Source: Candidatus Methanomethylicia archaeon (lineage in GTDB: Archaea > Thermoproteota > Methanomethylicia > CALHIW01). Taken from it: DNA of 64,000 nt. The position numbers and the translations under genes are program-made. The notes beneath the pieces were generated by a model. That model did not search any database. It saw only the letters and a program-made list of their open reading frames with translations, and was not told the origin of the DNA. The stretch lies in contig JAWBQF010000010.1 of the NCBI GenBank assembly GCA_038845975.1, positions 12,522-76,521 on the forward strand, given 5' to 3'. Positions 1 to 10,368 of this stretch are shown in pieces. How positions within the stretch are numbered: the first letter of the stretch is position 1; every line of letters starts with the position of its first letter.

Positions 1-2
1 AA

Positions 3-185
3 TTTTATAAAGCCATAAATAATCAAAAAACCATAAAGGTATTTTATGATGTTGCTAGTAAAGTTAAACCTATAAAAATACTTAGAATACCACCACTTAC
101 AAAACACGATATTAAGGATACTACTATACTAGTCAGGAAATATAGTAATGCGCTAGCTGAAATAGTAAATATCCTTAAGCTCTAA
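3..185 (+). CDS. 3' end of a gene truncated by the window edge (hypothetical)
   Basis: Open frame FYKAINNQKT...AEIVNILKL ending TAA at 183-185; not in the ORF track because the start lies outside the window. Confidence 0.55.
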   Translation, partial: FYKAINNQKTIKVFYDVASKVKPIKILRIPPLTKHDIKDTTILVRKYSNALAEIVNILKL

Positions 186-625
186 TTAATCTATCAACTT
201 TACCGGTACTTCATATCTAAATCTTTACAGTTTAAACACTATGAATATATTTAAACATGTTTAAATTCATCTCTAAACTCTAGAACCTAGGCTACTTTAT
301 CCAAGAGGTCATTAGGAAAACATATACGGTGGAGCTTCATAGATTTAAACATGTTTTATATCTCTCCTTTAGTGCTGTTTTGTCATAAAGTAGACTTTTA
401 TCATTAATCTAAAATCTTAGTTACTGAATGTTTCATGTGAATTCTTAACATTCATTTTCTATTAAGCACTATAGTATTTTGAATAGTTTTGGTGGCATAT
501 AATCATTAGAATGTGTTAAAAACCAAGACTACAGTCCAGCAATACTGCACAAACACTATAGACACATCTGAACTAAGCTTCGTTAAACTTATAAGATTGA
601 TAAAGTATGGCTAACTGGTGGTTTC

Positions 626-1426
626 ATGAATATTGTAGTCTGCGTAAAGGCAATACCATATATTGAGGAAAGGATAAGAATAGATCAAAACTGTAAGGAC
701 ATTGTTAAAACAGGATTAAAATTTAAAATAAATGATAGCGATGAAAATGCATTAGAGGAGGCACTTATACTAAAGGAGAAATATGGTGGAGCTGTAACCG
801 TTGTTTCTCTATGTAGTGATAAAGAACTTACATATGCTGAGCAGGTTATATGGGAATGCTACGCTAAGGGGACTGACCATGCAATACTTATATGTGATAA
901 AATATTTGAAAATCTAGATCCATACATCACATCAAGGACCCTAGCTGAGGTTTTAAGAGGTATAAAGTATGATCTTATATTAACTGGATGTCAAGCAGTT
1001 GATGATAGTTACATGCAGATTGGACCGATGATAGCGGAAATTCTTGGAATACCGTATACAACACTAGCTGTAAAGATGCAGGTTCTAGATAATGAAAGAA
1101 TTCTTGTACATAGAGAGCTTGAAGAGGGATATAGACAGGCTGTTGAGATTAAACTACCAGCATTAATTACTATTCAGACAGGTATTAACCTACCAAGATA
1201 TGCAGCTCTCATAAAGGTTCTAGCCGCGAAGAAGAAGCCTATAAGGAAAATTACAGCTCAAGAGTTAAAGCTGAATATGGAGATGATAAATTCATGGAGA
1301 AGCATATTTATTGAAGAAATGTATATACCAAAGGCTGAAAGAGCTGCTCAAATAATTACTGGATCTCCAGCAGAGGCTGCAGCTAAACTCGCCTTAATTG
1401 TTAATAATATATTAAAAAGCGGGTGA
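626..1426 (+). CDS. etfB: Electron transfer flavoprotein beta subunit (FixA/EtfB family)
   Basis: MNIVVCVK start, INDSDENALEEA, LTGCQAVD, LPALITIQTGINLPRY motifs; adjacent to etfA. Confidence 0.93.
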   Translation: MNIVVCVKAIPYIEERIRIDQNCKDIVKTGLKFKINDSDENALEEALILKEKYGGAVTVVSLCSDKELTYAEQVIWECYAKGTDHAILICDKIFENLDPYITSRTLAEVLRGIKYDLILTGCQAVDDSYMQIGPMIAEILGIPYTTLAVKMQVLDNERILVHRELEEGYRQAVEIKLPALITIQTGINLPRYAALIKVLAAKKKPIRKITAQELKLNMEMINSWRSIFIEEMYIPKAERAAQIITGSPAEAAAKLALIVNNILKSG

Positions 1427-1430
1427 AAAC

Positions 1431-2399
1431 ATGAAGGAAGTTCTAGTTATAGCTGAGCATAGAGAAGGAGAACTGAGAAGTTCCTGCCTTGAAACTATAT
1501 CGAAAGCCCACGAGGTCGCAGGTAAGGGGGGATTAGAGGTTACATCGGTAATCATAGGTTCAAACATTAAGCCATTAGCAGAAAAACTACGGGAATATGT
1601 TGGTAGGGTTTATCTAGCTGAAAATCCTGAAATTAAGTATTATGATTTTGAAACTTACAAGCACATAGTATCTAAGCTTATAAGAGAAGTTAAGCCATTA
1701 ATGGTTTTAATGGGTCATACATCATACGGTATGGACTTAATGCCCGGCTTATCATCCTATCTAAATCTACCCCTGGTAACAGACTGTATAGATATTGAAT
1801 TAAATAATGGAAGATTTAATGCTATTAGACAGGCATATGGTGGTAGAGTTAATGTGAAAGTAAGCCTAAAACCATCAGAAACATATCTAGCAACGCTTAG
1901 AGCTGGAATATTCCAGCCAGCTAAACCAATTCAAACTAAGGGAGAAATAGTTGAAGTTGGTACCCCACCATTAGAGCTAAAAGTTAAACATCTTGAAGTA
2001 ATTAAGCCAGAAATTGAAGATATAGATATTTCAAAGGCAGATATTGTTATAGGAGTTGGATTAGGTATAGGAGCTAAAGAGAAAATACCTGTTGTTGAAG
2101 AACTTGCTAAAACGCTTGGAGGAGTTTTAGGATGTTCAAGACCAATAGTTGATAGGGGATGGCTACCACAAACTAGACAAATAGGATTTTCAGGCAAATC
2201 TATTAAGCCGAAAATATACATTGCTGTAGGAATTAGCGGAGCTGCGAATCATGTAGCTGGGATTAAGGGGGCTAAAACAATAGTAGCAATAAACAAAGAT
2301 CCTGGAGCACCAATATTTAATGTTTCGGATTACGGTATTGTTGGAGATTTATTCCAAGTTATACCAATATTTATACAGGAATTGAAAAAATTTAAGTAA
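1431..2399 (+). CDS. etfA: Electron transfer flavoprotein alpha subunit (FixB/EtfA family)
   Basis: GCSRPIVD, QIGFSGK, YIAVGISGA, AINKDPGAPIF FAD-domain motifs. Confidence 0.95.
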   Translation: MKEVLVIAEHREGELRSSCLETISKAHEVAGKGGLEVTSVIIGSNIKPLAEKLREYVGRVYLAENPEIKYYDFETYKHIVSKLIREVKPLMVLMGHTSYGMDLMPGLSSYLNLPLVTDCIDIELNNGRFNAIRQAYGGRVNVKVSLKPSETYLATLRAGIFQPAKPIQTKGEIVEVGTPPLELKVKHLEVIKPEIEDIDISKADIVIGVGLGIGAKEKIPVVEELAKTLGGVLGCSRPIVDRGWLPQTRQIGFSGKSIKPKIYIAVGISGAANHVAGIKGAKTIVAINKDPGAPIFNVSDYGIVGDLFQVIPIFIQELKKFK

Positions 2400-2984
2400 T
2401 TATTTAAGAATAAAACTCATTTTTTCATATGCTCTTTTATTTATATTCTCATGAATATTAGCACCATAAGAATCAATAACTACAGTTAGAGGACCGAAGT
2501 TTTCAACTTCAAGTATCCATAATGCTTCAGGCATTCCTAAATCAAGCCATTCAACGCCTTTAACCTTTATAATAGATTGAGCTGCAAGAACAGCAGCACC
2601 GCCAGTAAATTCAGTATATACTGCACCATAGGCTTTACAGGCTTCAGCTGTTTTAAAGCCCATACCTCCCTTACCAACAATCATTCTAACTCCAAGAGCT
2701 CTTATTACATCATATTCGTAAAGCTCCATTCTAGTACTTGTTGTTGGTCCAGCAGCTATAACAATCCACTCCTCATTAACCTTCTTAACTATTGGCCCGC
2801 AGTGATATATAGCCATTCCTCTAAAATCTACAGGCAATGCACCACCCTTACTGACTATTTCAAGAATTCTCCTATGAGCTTGATCTCTGGCTGTATATAT
2901 AGTACCTGAAAGATATACTATATCGCCAATTCTAAGAGTTCGAACATCAGATTCTGAAAGAGGAGTTTTAAGCTTGTACTCCAC
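2400..2984 (-). CDS. Fe-S fumarate hydratase / tartrate dehydratase beta subunit
   Basis: TARDQAH, HCGP, AGPTTSTRM, GKGGMG motifs. Confidence 0.92.
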   Translation of the reverse strand: MEYKLKTPLSESDVRTLRIGDIVYLSGTIYTARDQAHRRILEIVSKGGALPVDFRGMAIYHCGPIVKKVNEEWIVIAAGPTTSTRMELYEYDVIRALGVRMIVGKGGMGFKTAEACKAYGAVYTEFTGGAAVLAAQSIIKVKGVEWLDLGMPEALWILEVENFGPLTVVIDSYGANIHENINKRAYEKMSFILK

Positions 2985-2990
2985 TATAAA

Positions 2991-3866
2991 TCACCCTAAC
3001 ACCTTATAAGTTCCATTACTATACACTACTGCAGAAGCTCTTCTTGCAGCCCAACAGTTAAAAGCTATAGCAACGGGAAGACTTGCTACATGTCTATGAG
3101 CATACTCAATATTGACACCAAGAACTGTTGTTCTACCTCCTAAACCCATAGGCCCAATACCAGTTTCATTCAATAGATTATAAAGCTCCATTTCCATTTC
3201 TGCTATCTGAGGCTCTGGGCTTCTCTTATTTAATGGACGTAGTAATGCTTTCTTAGCTAAAACCATAGATATATCAGCACCACCGCCAATACCAACACCT
3301 ACAATTGTAGGGGGGCAAGGCATACCGTTAGCTTCAAGAACTGAATTAATAATGAATTTTTTCACACCCTCAATTCCATCAGCAGGTGTTAACATCTTAA
3401 ACTTACAAACATTCTCCGACCCTCCACCTTTAGGCATAACTGTAAGTTCTAGTGAATCACCATCAACAATGCTCCAGTGAATATATGGTATGAAATGCCC
3501 AGTATTATCACCTGAGTTTTTATTTGTAAATGGATGAACAGCATTAGGTCTTAAAGGTACTTTACTAGTTGCTATACGTGTAGCATTAATAATTGATTCT
3601 TCAATATACTTAATACCTGGAAATGAAGCACCAACCTTAGCAAAGAAGATTATAGTGCCAGTATCTTGACATACTGGTGCCTCAATGCTTTCTGCAAGCT
3701 TAACATTATCAAGAATAGCCTTAAGTTGAGCTTTAGCTATATCGCTAACCTCATTATCATAAGCTGTTTTCAAAGCATTTTTAACATCATCTGGCAAGTA
3801 TATAACAGCTTTTCTAATAATTTCAATACAGACATTTTCAATAACTTTAGGATCAATCATTTCCAT
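2991..3866 (-). CDS. Fe-S fumarate hydratase / tartrate dehydratase alpha subunit
   Basis: PVCQDTG, KGGGSEN, PCPP, GIGPMGLGG, CWAAR motifs. Confidence 0.93.
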   Translation of the reverse strand: MEMIDPKVIENVCIEIIRKAVIYLPDDVKNALKTAYDNEVSDIAKAQLKAILDNVKLAESIEAPVCQDTGTIIFFAKVGASFPGIKYIEESIINATRIATSKVPLRPNAVHPFTNKNSGDNTGHFIPYIHWSIVDGDSLELTVMPKGGGSENVCKFKMLTPADGIEGVKKFIINSVLEANGMPCPPTIVGVGIGGGADISMVLAKKALLRPLNKRSPEPQIAEMEMELYNLLNETGIGPMGLGGRTTVLGVNIEYAHRHVASLPVAIAFNCWAARRASAVVYSNGTYKVLG

Positions 3867-3914
3867 CCATAGCTAAATTGGAAAGATTCTTAAAAGCTTT
3901 TTCACATCATGAAA

Positions 3915-3974
3915 GATTCTGTGAGCTTTAAATATGGAAGATGTGCATAGTTAATAGCTTAAGTTTACAAGGGC
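3915..3974. mobile_element. Decayed ~60-bp miniature element of IS6 TIR family A
   Basis: GATTCTGTGAGCTTTA...CTTAAGTTTACAAGGG resembles both family-A ends and the interior of the 26507 mini-element. Confidence 0.45.
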
Positions 3975-4059
3975 ATTGAAACCGCAGACAAACTCTATAA
4001 CTGCTAGATATGTAGGCTATTAGCTATATATGATGTTTATGGAAATTAAGCTTTAACAC

Positions 4060-5424
4060 TTATTGAACCATACTATTTTTAAGTTCACTACTTACTCTTA
4101 TAAGGATATTTACAGCTTCTCTTGCATTTTCGGCAAAAACAACTATCATAGGCTCCTTACCTATATCTCCAGTATGGTATATAACGTCTGGTACAGATCC
4201 ATATTTAGATATTGCCTGCTCAACACCCCAGGGAATTGTAGCTCCCTCAATATCCTTAATTTCTTTAGGTTCAAGTTTCCTATTGTATGATGATACTTTA
4301 AGACCTAAACTATTAAGAGCTTTTAAAACTTCAGGATCATACTTAATATTCAATGCAGCCCTTAAATCGACATTGTACTCCATAATTTTTAAAATATATC
4401 TTGCTAGATGTGATGATGCACCAAACTTAACGCATTCAGGAATTCTAACACCATCAATCGACTTTACAATTCTTCCAGGAACTGCAGCTACATCATTTAT
4501 ATCTGTAGCATATGGTATTGCCATAGCAATATTCATTCCAACCTCAGGTATAAAATACTCCAAGTTACGTATATGTCTTAATAGCTTTAGAGCTTCCTCA
4601 ACTTCTCTGATAATATGATGTCTTGAGGATTCACGATATAACATCACCATGGGATTTACTGGTCCATATCCTCTACCAATATTTAAACCATATTTCACAG
4701 CTAATACTACAAGTTCTTTAGCTTTTCTTACTGAATCTATTATACTTAAGCCCTTAGCAATTCCAGCAGCTATAGCTGCTGAAAAAATGCAACCTGTTCC
4801 ATGTGTTGTTTTAGACTCTATACGTGGTGATGAAAGAATTTCAACTTTTCCCTCATGTACTAAAACATCAGGAGACTCCTTATCCTTAAGATGACCTCCC
4901 TTAACAACAACCGCCTTAACACCATACTCACATATTTTTCTAGCAGCCTTAATCATATCATTAACACTTTTAATTTCAAATCCGGAAAGAAATTCAGCTT
5001 CAGATATGTTTGGTGTTAAAACAGTCGTGAGTGGTAAGAGCTCTTTAACCATAGATTTTATGGCATCCTCTCTTAGAAGCTGAGCACCGCTCTTAGAAAT
5101 CATTACTGGATCAACAACAACTGGGAAGCCATATCTTCTAACTCTACTAGACACTACATTAACGATTTCCTGTGAATAAAGCATACCTGTTTTAGCAGCA
5201 TCTATTCCAAGATCTTCAGCAACAGCGTCAATCTGTTTACCAACAAAATCTGCAGGTATATTGAAAATTCCGGTGACAGAAAAGGTATTTTGAGCTGTAA
5301 CAGCTGTTAATGCAACTACTCCATGAACGTTTAAAGCGGCGAAAACCTTTAAATCAGCTTCAATACCAGCACCACCACAGGAATCGCTACCGGCAATAGT
5401 TAGTACAATAGGTATTTTAGCCAT
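4060..5424 (-). CDS. thiDN: Bifunctional HMP/HMP-P kinase ThiD fused to thiamine-phosphate synthase ThiN
   Basis: TIAGSDSCGGAGIEADLK, KGGH, THGTGC; C-terminal ThiN domain IPEVGMN...FGASSHLAR...GKEPM. Confidence 0.93.
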   Translation of the reverse strand: MAKIPIVLTIAGSDSCGGAGIEADLKVFAALNVHGVVALTAVTAQNTFSVTGIFNIPADFVGKQIDAVAEDLGIDAAKTGMLYSQEIVNVVSSRVRRYGFPVVVDPVMISKSGAQLLREDAIKSMVKELLPLTTVLTPNISEAEFLSGFEIKSVNDMIKAARKICEYGVKAVVVKGGHLKDKESPDVLVHEGKVEILSSPRIESKTTHGTGCIFSAAIAAGIAKGLSIIDSVRKAKELVVLAVKYGLNIGRGYGPVNPMVMLYRESSRHHIIREVEEALKLLRHIRNLEYFIPEVGMNIAMAIPYATDINDVAAVPGRIVKSIDGVRIPECVKFGASSHLARYILKIMEYNVDLRAALNIKYDPEVLKALNSLGLKVSSYNRKLEPKEIKDIEGATIPWGVEQAISKYGSVPDVIYHTGDIGKEPMIVVFAENAREAVNILIRVSSELKNSMVQ

Positions 5425-5796
5425 AGATACATAGGTTAATCTAGATATTTAAACTTAGTTAAAATAACTGTTAACAGAATGATTTAGGTAAGCTTAGAAT
5501 ATACAATTTCCTTCAGCATTAAAAATAACTACATTAACGCTATGTAGCTCCAGCTTAACTTTAACTCTAATGTTTACAGATAATTAACTACTAGTTTTTA
5601 TAGCTTAGAAGATTGTTTACAAGTAGTAGAATGGAGATTCCTACTTAATTATTTACCTAAGTATATTTCCTGAAATTAACATCATCTAACATTCTCTCTA
5701 ACACTAGATCCATATTCCTTAGCTATTAATAAGGTTTAGATAAATAACATTCAATAATTCATCCTGAAACTAAGCTTTCAACTTATTACTGGATCA

Positions 5797-6780
5797 TTAA
5801 TCATCTTCTTCAACGATTTTCCTAGATGTTACTGTTTCCCCGATAATCCATCCAAACTCCTCTCTTAATATTAAAATTGATGCTTGAGGGGGAATTACAC
5901 CTTTCTCAGTAATTAATAAATCAATATATTCTGGAGGAGTAACATCAAAAACAGGATTTTTAACTTTAACATTTATATTCTCTCTTAGAAAGGAATTATC
6001 TACCACCTCTAATGGTGATCTCTCCTCAATTTCTATAAGCTCACCAAGTATTGTTTCTGGACTGAATTTGTATGTTTCAGCAGCTACGAAGAATCTTACT
6101 CTTGCCTCATGAGCTGCTAAAGCTATTAAAGATGTACCGATCTTATTAACAACAGCTCCATTAGCAGCAACAGCATCAGCACCTACAATAACCTTATCTA
6201 TATCCTTCATAAAGTGTCTTACAGCTGAATCGATAATTAAGGTAACCTTAACACCAATACTACTAAGTGTCTTTGCTGTTAAATATCCTTGAAATCTAGG
6301 TCTTGTCTCAGTAACATAGACTTCTATTTTCTTACCATGTTTATAGGCTGTTTTAATAACTGATATTGCAGCTGAGCTATTACAATGTGTTAAAAGTACA
6401 TCACCATCCTTAATTCTTCTAGCTCCAAGCTCACCAATCACATCAAGTGCTTTAAGTGAATTCTCTATAAATAAATTAGCTGATGTTATAGTAATATCCT
6501 TAAGAATTTTTAACTCAATACCTTTCCTATAGGCCTCCATAACCCTATACGTAATGAATCTAATACTATTTGGTAATGAGACGGCTGTAGGTCTTGTATT
6601 TAGTAGGATTTTTGAAACCTCATTCAACCCATCCATATAATCATCAACATTCCTAGCAGTTGAAGACTCTGCAAATATAATGAATGCTTTAGCAGCTGAT
6701 CTAGCTATTTCAGTTGCACCTCTTATTCTCATAGTTCTTATATCATCAGCTATTCTTAAAATCTCATTAGAATACTTCAT
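5797..6780 (-). CDS. Ribose-1,5-bisphosphate isomerase (eIF-2B-like family)
   Basis: IRGA, RPTAVSL, THCNS, ETRP, GADAV, NKIGT motifs. Confidence 0.88.
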   Translation of the reverse strand: MKYSNEILRIADDIRTMRIRGATEIARSAAKAFIIFAESSTARNVDDYMDGLNEVSKILLNTRPTAVSLPNSIRFITYRVMEAYRKGIELKILKDITITSANLFIENSLKALDVIGELGARRIKDGDVLLTHCNSSAAISVIKTAYKHGKKIEVYVTETRPRFQGYLTAKTLSSIGVKVTLIIDSAVRHFMKDIDKVIVGADAVAANGAVVNKIGTSLIALAAHEARVRFFVAAETYKFSPETILGELIEIEERSPLEVVDNSFLRENINVKVKNPVFDVTPPEYIDLLITEKGVIPPQASILILREEFGWIIGETVTSRKIVEEDD

Positions 6781-7666
6781 TAAACATCCTCCTTAGAAAC
6801 TCAGCAATAACTGATTTAACTGAAACATAGCTTACCGGGCTTGGAACAGTATCAGTTCCAATAACAGCTTCAGCACCAGCTTCTAATATTTTCGATAATG
6901 CTTGATTAACAAGAATTGGATGTGTACATGCTGTAATGATTTTTCTAGCACCATAACTCCTTAATGCTTTAATAGCTTCAACCATAGTCACACCAGTACT
7001 TATAATATCGTCAACTAAAATTACATCCTTACCATCAACATTAAGTCTTTTAGGCTTAACAGTAACTCTGTGAGAATCGTATCTAATCTTTTCCAGAACA
7101 TCATATTCAATATTTGCTCTTTTAGCAGCTATTTCAGCCCATTGCTTAGACTCTTCATCAGGTCCAATAACAATGGGAAACTCAGGCTTAAAACTTAGCA
7201 TTACATAATCCATGAGAAGCCCCATTGCTGATAAATTATAAACAGGAATTTTAAATAGTTCTGATGGATTACTAATTCTATGAAGATGCATATCTATGGT
7301 AACTATGGAGTCAATATTTAAACTTTTAAAAATGGAGGCAATAGTTTTAATACTTAATGCTTCACCAGGTTTAAATCTATCATCCTGACGAGTATAGGCA
7401 AAATACGGTATAACAGCTATAATCTTACTTGCACCGAGATCTCTTACTAAATCAGAAAGTAATATAAACTCCATAAGGTAATCATTAGGTTTTAAAGCAA
7501 AACTTTGAAATATAGCTACAGGCTTACCTGAAACATCACCATTAATCCTTACATAAACTTCACCGTCAGGAAAAACTTTATATTCACTAGGAACTATTGG
7601 AGTACTAATTAGCTTTGATACATTTACTGCGAGATATCTACATGAAGATCCGGATACTATTAGCAT
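6767..7666 (-). CDS. prs: Ribose-phosphate pyrophosphokinase (PRPP synthetase)
   Basis: FPDGE, PYFAYTRQD, VDDIISTGVT PRPP-binding loop. Confidence 0.93.
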   Translation of the reverse strand: MLIVSGSSCRYLAVNVSKLISTPIVPSEYKVFPDGEVYVRINGDVSGKPVAIFQSFALKPNDYLMEFILLSDLVRDLGASKIIAVIPYFAYTRQDDRFKPGEALSIKTIASIFKSLNIDSIVTIDMHLHRISNPSELFKIPVYNLSAMGLLMDYVMLSFKPEFPIVIGPDEESKQWAEIAAKRANIEYDVLEKIRYDSHRVTVKPKRLNVDGKDVILVDDIISTGVTMVEAIKALRSYGARKIITACTHPILVNQALSKILEAGAEAVIGTDTVPSPVSYVSVKSVIAEFLRRMFNEVF

Positions 7667-7798
7667 AAAGATCTACCTAAACTAAGTACTTAAATATTAT
7701 TGTAACTAGTGTATAGCCTGCCGTTCGAATATTAAGACAAGATTTACACTCTTTAAGGAAGCTAATAATTCTAGTTACCCATAGAATAGAAGTGTAGA

Positions 7799-7854
7799 AT
7801 GATGATGTACTTTTCGCTTGAAGCATGAGCTATGAGGAGCAGTAGAGCAGCTGA
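7799..7854 (+). ncRNA. C/D-box guide sRNA
   Basis: C box ATGATGA 7799, 12-nt guide, D' TTGA, C' ATGAGGA, 12-nt guide, D box CTGA 7851-7854; intergenic. Confidence 0.7.
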
Positions 7855-8190
7855 TGAAGTGCTAATCCATAAGCTATAACTAGAAGTGGAAAATTCCAGG
7901 CCTTGGAGGCGCTAACAATATCAATTCGTAACATTCATAGTTTAACTATCTCTAGACTCTCCTAAATTATAGATTTAAGACTTAATAGTTAAAATAATCT
8001 ATAGATTTGTTTCTAGAAATACTAAGTAGAACTTCATTTCTTCTACAGGTCCTAAGCTTACAAACTGCAGATTAAGCCAAAGAACTTAGAATGTAGAATC
8101 ACTATAGAGGTAAATTTAAAACTTTATTATTCTTCCAATAATCTTTGATTGTTAACTTTAGGGATATTTTTAAGGGTAGTTTCATAATAA

Positions 8191-8375
8191 ATGTTGATGA
8201 GCATAATAGTTAAGATAGGACAAGAATTTGAAAACAAATTAAAGCCATGTAGATTAAGTATCTATAAAACCTATAAGTATCTACTTGTAAGCGGGGAAGT
8301 AGGGATCTGAGAAGACTAATGAGAAAGTTGAAAAGTGAAAATGTAGAGTTTGAAGTAATTATACAATCTCCTTAA
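8191..8375 (+). pseudogene. Small (~60 aa) ORF interrupted by a frameshift at a G4 run
   Basis: ATG 8191 frame stops after 39 codons; a shifted frame from GCGGGGAAG continues SRDLRRLMRKLKSENVEFEVIIQSP to TAA 8375. Confidence 0.35.
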
Positions 8376-8414
8376 CAAGTTAAGTTTTTATATTTTAAAT
8401 AACTAAATTAATAG

Positions 8415-9137
8415 GTGCACATTTTGAGAAAGGTAGAAAGCATACAGTTTAGAATTTCAGTTGTTGATTGTTTAAAAAGACTTAAAACAATGTATTCTTA
8501 CAGTAAACTTGAGGAGATAACGGGAATACCTAAAACTTTACTATGCAGATACATTAAGGGCGACGTTCTTCCAAGCGAGAAATCAGCTCGTGAACTATTA
8601 AGATCCCTGAGAAAATATGATGATGTTGGAATGCTTATTAAAAGTAGACTTAGAATAAATGAGGATGGACTATTTGACCTAAGCAGTATTGCCTATGATA
8701 TTTCAATATTAAGAAGAGCATCTCAAGAAGCATTTATAAAGTTTTCAGATAAGGGGGTAACAAAAGTTTTAACAGCAGCGATTGACGGTATACCACTTGC
8801 AACCTCAATAGCAACGATGCTGAACGTACCAATAGCAGTAGCAAAAACCCATAAGGATCCGTCAACAGATAGCTTCATAGAGGAAAGCTATGTTCTTGTA
8901 AGCCCTACTATGAGGATTACATTATATCTACCACGAAGATTAATTAAAAGGGAAGATAGGGTTCTTATAGTTGATGACGTTATTAGAACAGGAAGAACAG
9001 TTTCAAAACTTATTAGAATGGTTGATAAATGCAAAGCAAGCGTTGTGGGTATATTTGTTCTGATAGCTGTAGGAAAAGCTTGGAAGGAAACGTTTTCAAG
9101 TTTTGAATCACCAGTTGCCATTCTATATGAGATATAG
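8415..9137 (+). CDS. HTH plus phosphoribosyltransferase protein (PurR/Apt-like)
   Basis: N-terminal HTH (YSKLEEITGIPKTLLCRY); PRTase loop VLIVDDVIRTGRT. Confidence 0.85.
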   Translation: MHILRKVESIQFRISVVDCLKRLKTMYSYSKLEEITGIPKTLLCRYIKGDVLPSEKSARELLRSLRKYDDVGMLIKSRLRINEDGLFDLSSIAYDISILRRASQEAFIKFSDKGVTKVLTAAIDGIPLATSIATMLNVPIAVAKTHKDPSTDSFIEESYVLVSPTMRITLYLPRRLIKREDRVLIVDDVIRTGRTVSKLIRMVDKCKASVVGIFVLIAVGKAWKETFSSFESPVAILYEI

Positions 9138-9144
9138 CATTACC

Positions 9145-9194
9145 AGACGTGGCAACTTAGCATATTGTAGCTTTCTTCTTAAGTTGCCAGGCCC
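9145..9194. mobile_element. 50-bp TIR-only miniature element (IS6 TIR family B)
   Basis: AGACGTGGCAACTTAG...CTTAAGTTGCCAGGCCC flanked by perfect 8-bp direct repeat GCATTACC; 48/50 identical to 20597-20646 in reverse orientation. Confidence 0.85.
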
Positions 9195-9766
9195 GCATTA
9201 CCTATAATAATATTCAATAATGGGAATACATTATTTAATCAGATGGTTTACTATGTAGAGTATTAAAGATTTCAAACTTAGTATAGATTCACATAAAGCA
9301 TTAAGATAAGCATTTCTCAGAAATATGCTATACCCTATAGAAGTTTTACTTCTTCTATTACTTTAAGTTTTAGAATTTCCATCAGCAGTAAAACAATGGT
9401 TTCTTTTAACCTCAGATAAGTTCTCTAGAGGAATGCCTAAAGGGATGTTAATGTAGAGCTAGCTAAATAAATACTTAAAAATGGCTCTGTGGCTTAATAC
9501 TTGTTTCCCATATTTTTATCCATTAAATACTACGATTATAGAATCCATATTAAAATTTCTCGTATTTTATGTAAATTTAGATCTACGAATTTCAGAATTA
9601 AGCTACAAAACGTTAAAATTTTCAAATATGCTTATAGTTATATAGATTTAGGAAGAAATATTTGGCTGCTAGTTTAATATTTCAGATTAGCTTATACAAT
9701 CTAACTATTAAAATCTTTAATTAGTAAAAGTATATTTAGAGTAATTCCTAGTATTATAAGGTTAAA

Positions 9767-10180
9767 ATGCCGAGAAGGCCGAAAACGAGGAAACGTAAAT
9801 CTGGATATATGTACTTTATAGCTGATGGTATAAGTTCAAGAATGAACATAGAGGAAATTGTAAAGGTAGTGTTTTCAAAGGGCGAATCATACAGGAGAGC
9901 GGCATACATAATACTTGAGGAGGTTAAAAGATTAGCGGCAATGAGTGGAAGAACTACACCAACATATAACATTACATCTGATGAAATGTCAGAATTTATT
10001 AAAAGAAAGTTTGGAAGAAGACGTAGAAGCTTAGCCTATAAAGTCTTATTCGAATTTCTTATACCTTTAGGAATGATGAAGTATAGTCCAGATGAAAAAA
10101 GATACTTTTTAAGTAGAGAGTTTGCATTAGCACTTAAAAGAATAGGGGATTCATATCTTCGATGGCTGGAAACAGCTTAA
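9767..10180 (+). CDS. Basic hypothetical protein, possible winged-helix DNA-binding
   Basis: 137-aa ORF, K/R-rich, helix-helix-wing-like C-terminus. Confidence 0.6.
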   Translation: MPRRPKTRKRKSGYMYFIADGISSRMNIEEIVKVVFSKGESYRRAAYIILEEVKRLAAMSGRTTPTYNITSDEMSEFIKRKFGRRRRSLAYKVLFEFLIPLGMMKYSPDEKRYFLSREFALALKRIGDSYLRWLETA

Positions 10181-10368
10181 ACACTAATTAATGTTTTAAA
10201 TGAATATTATCAGTTTACTCCATTATATAAATGTATATTTCAGTTAAGCATTTTAAAAGCTGTTAAATAACTACGTTAAAAAACATTGACCAAAAAATCA
10301 AATTTTTCATTTAAAACTTTCAAACAAGAAATTAAGATATACAGAATACATATATTAGGGATTCTGCG

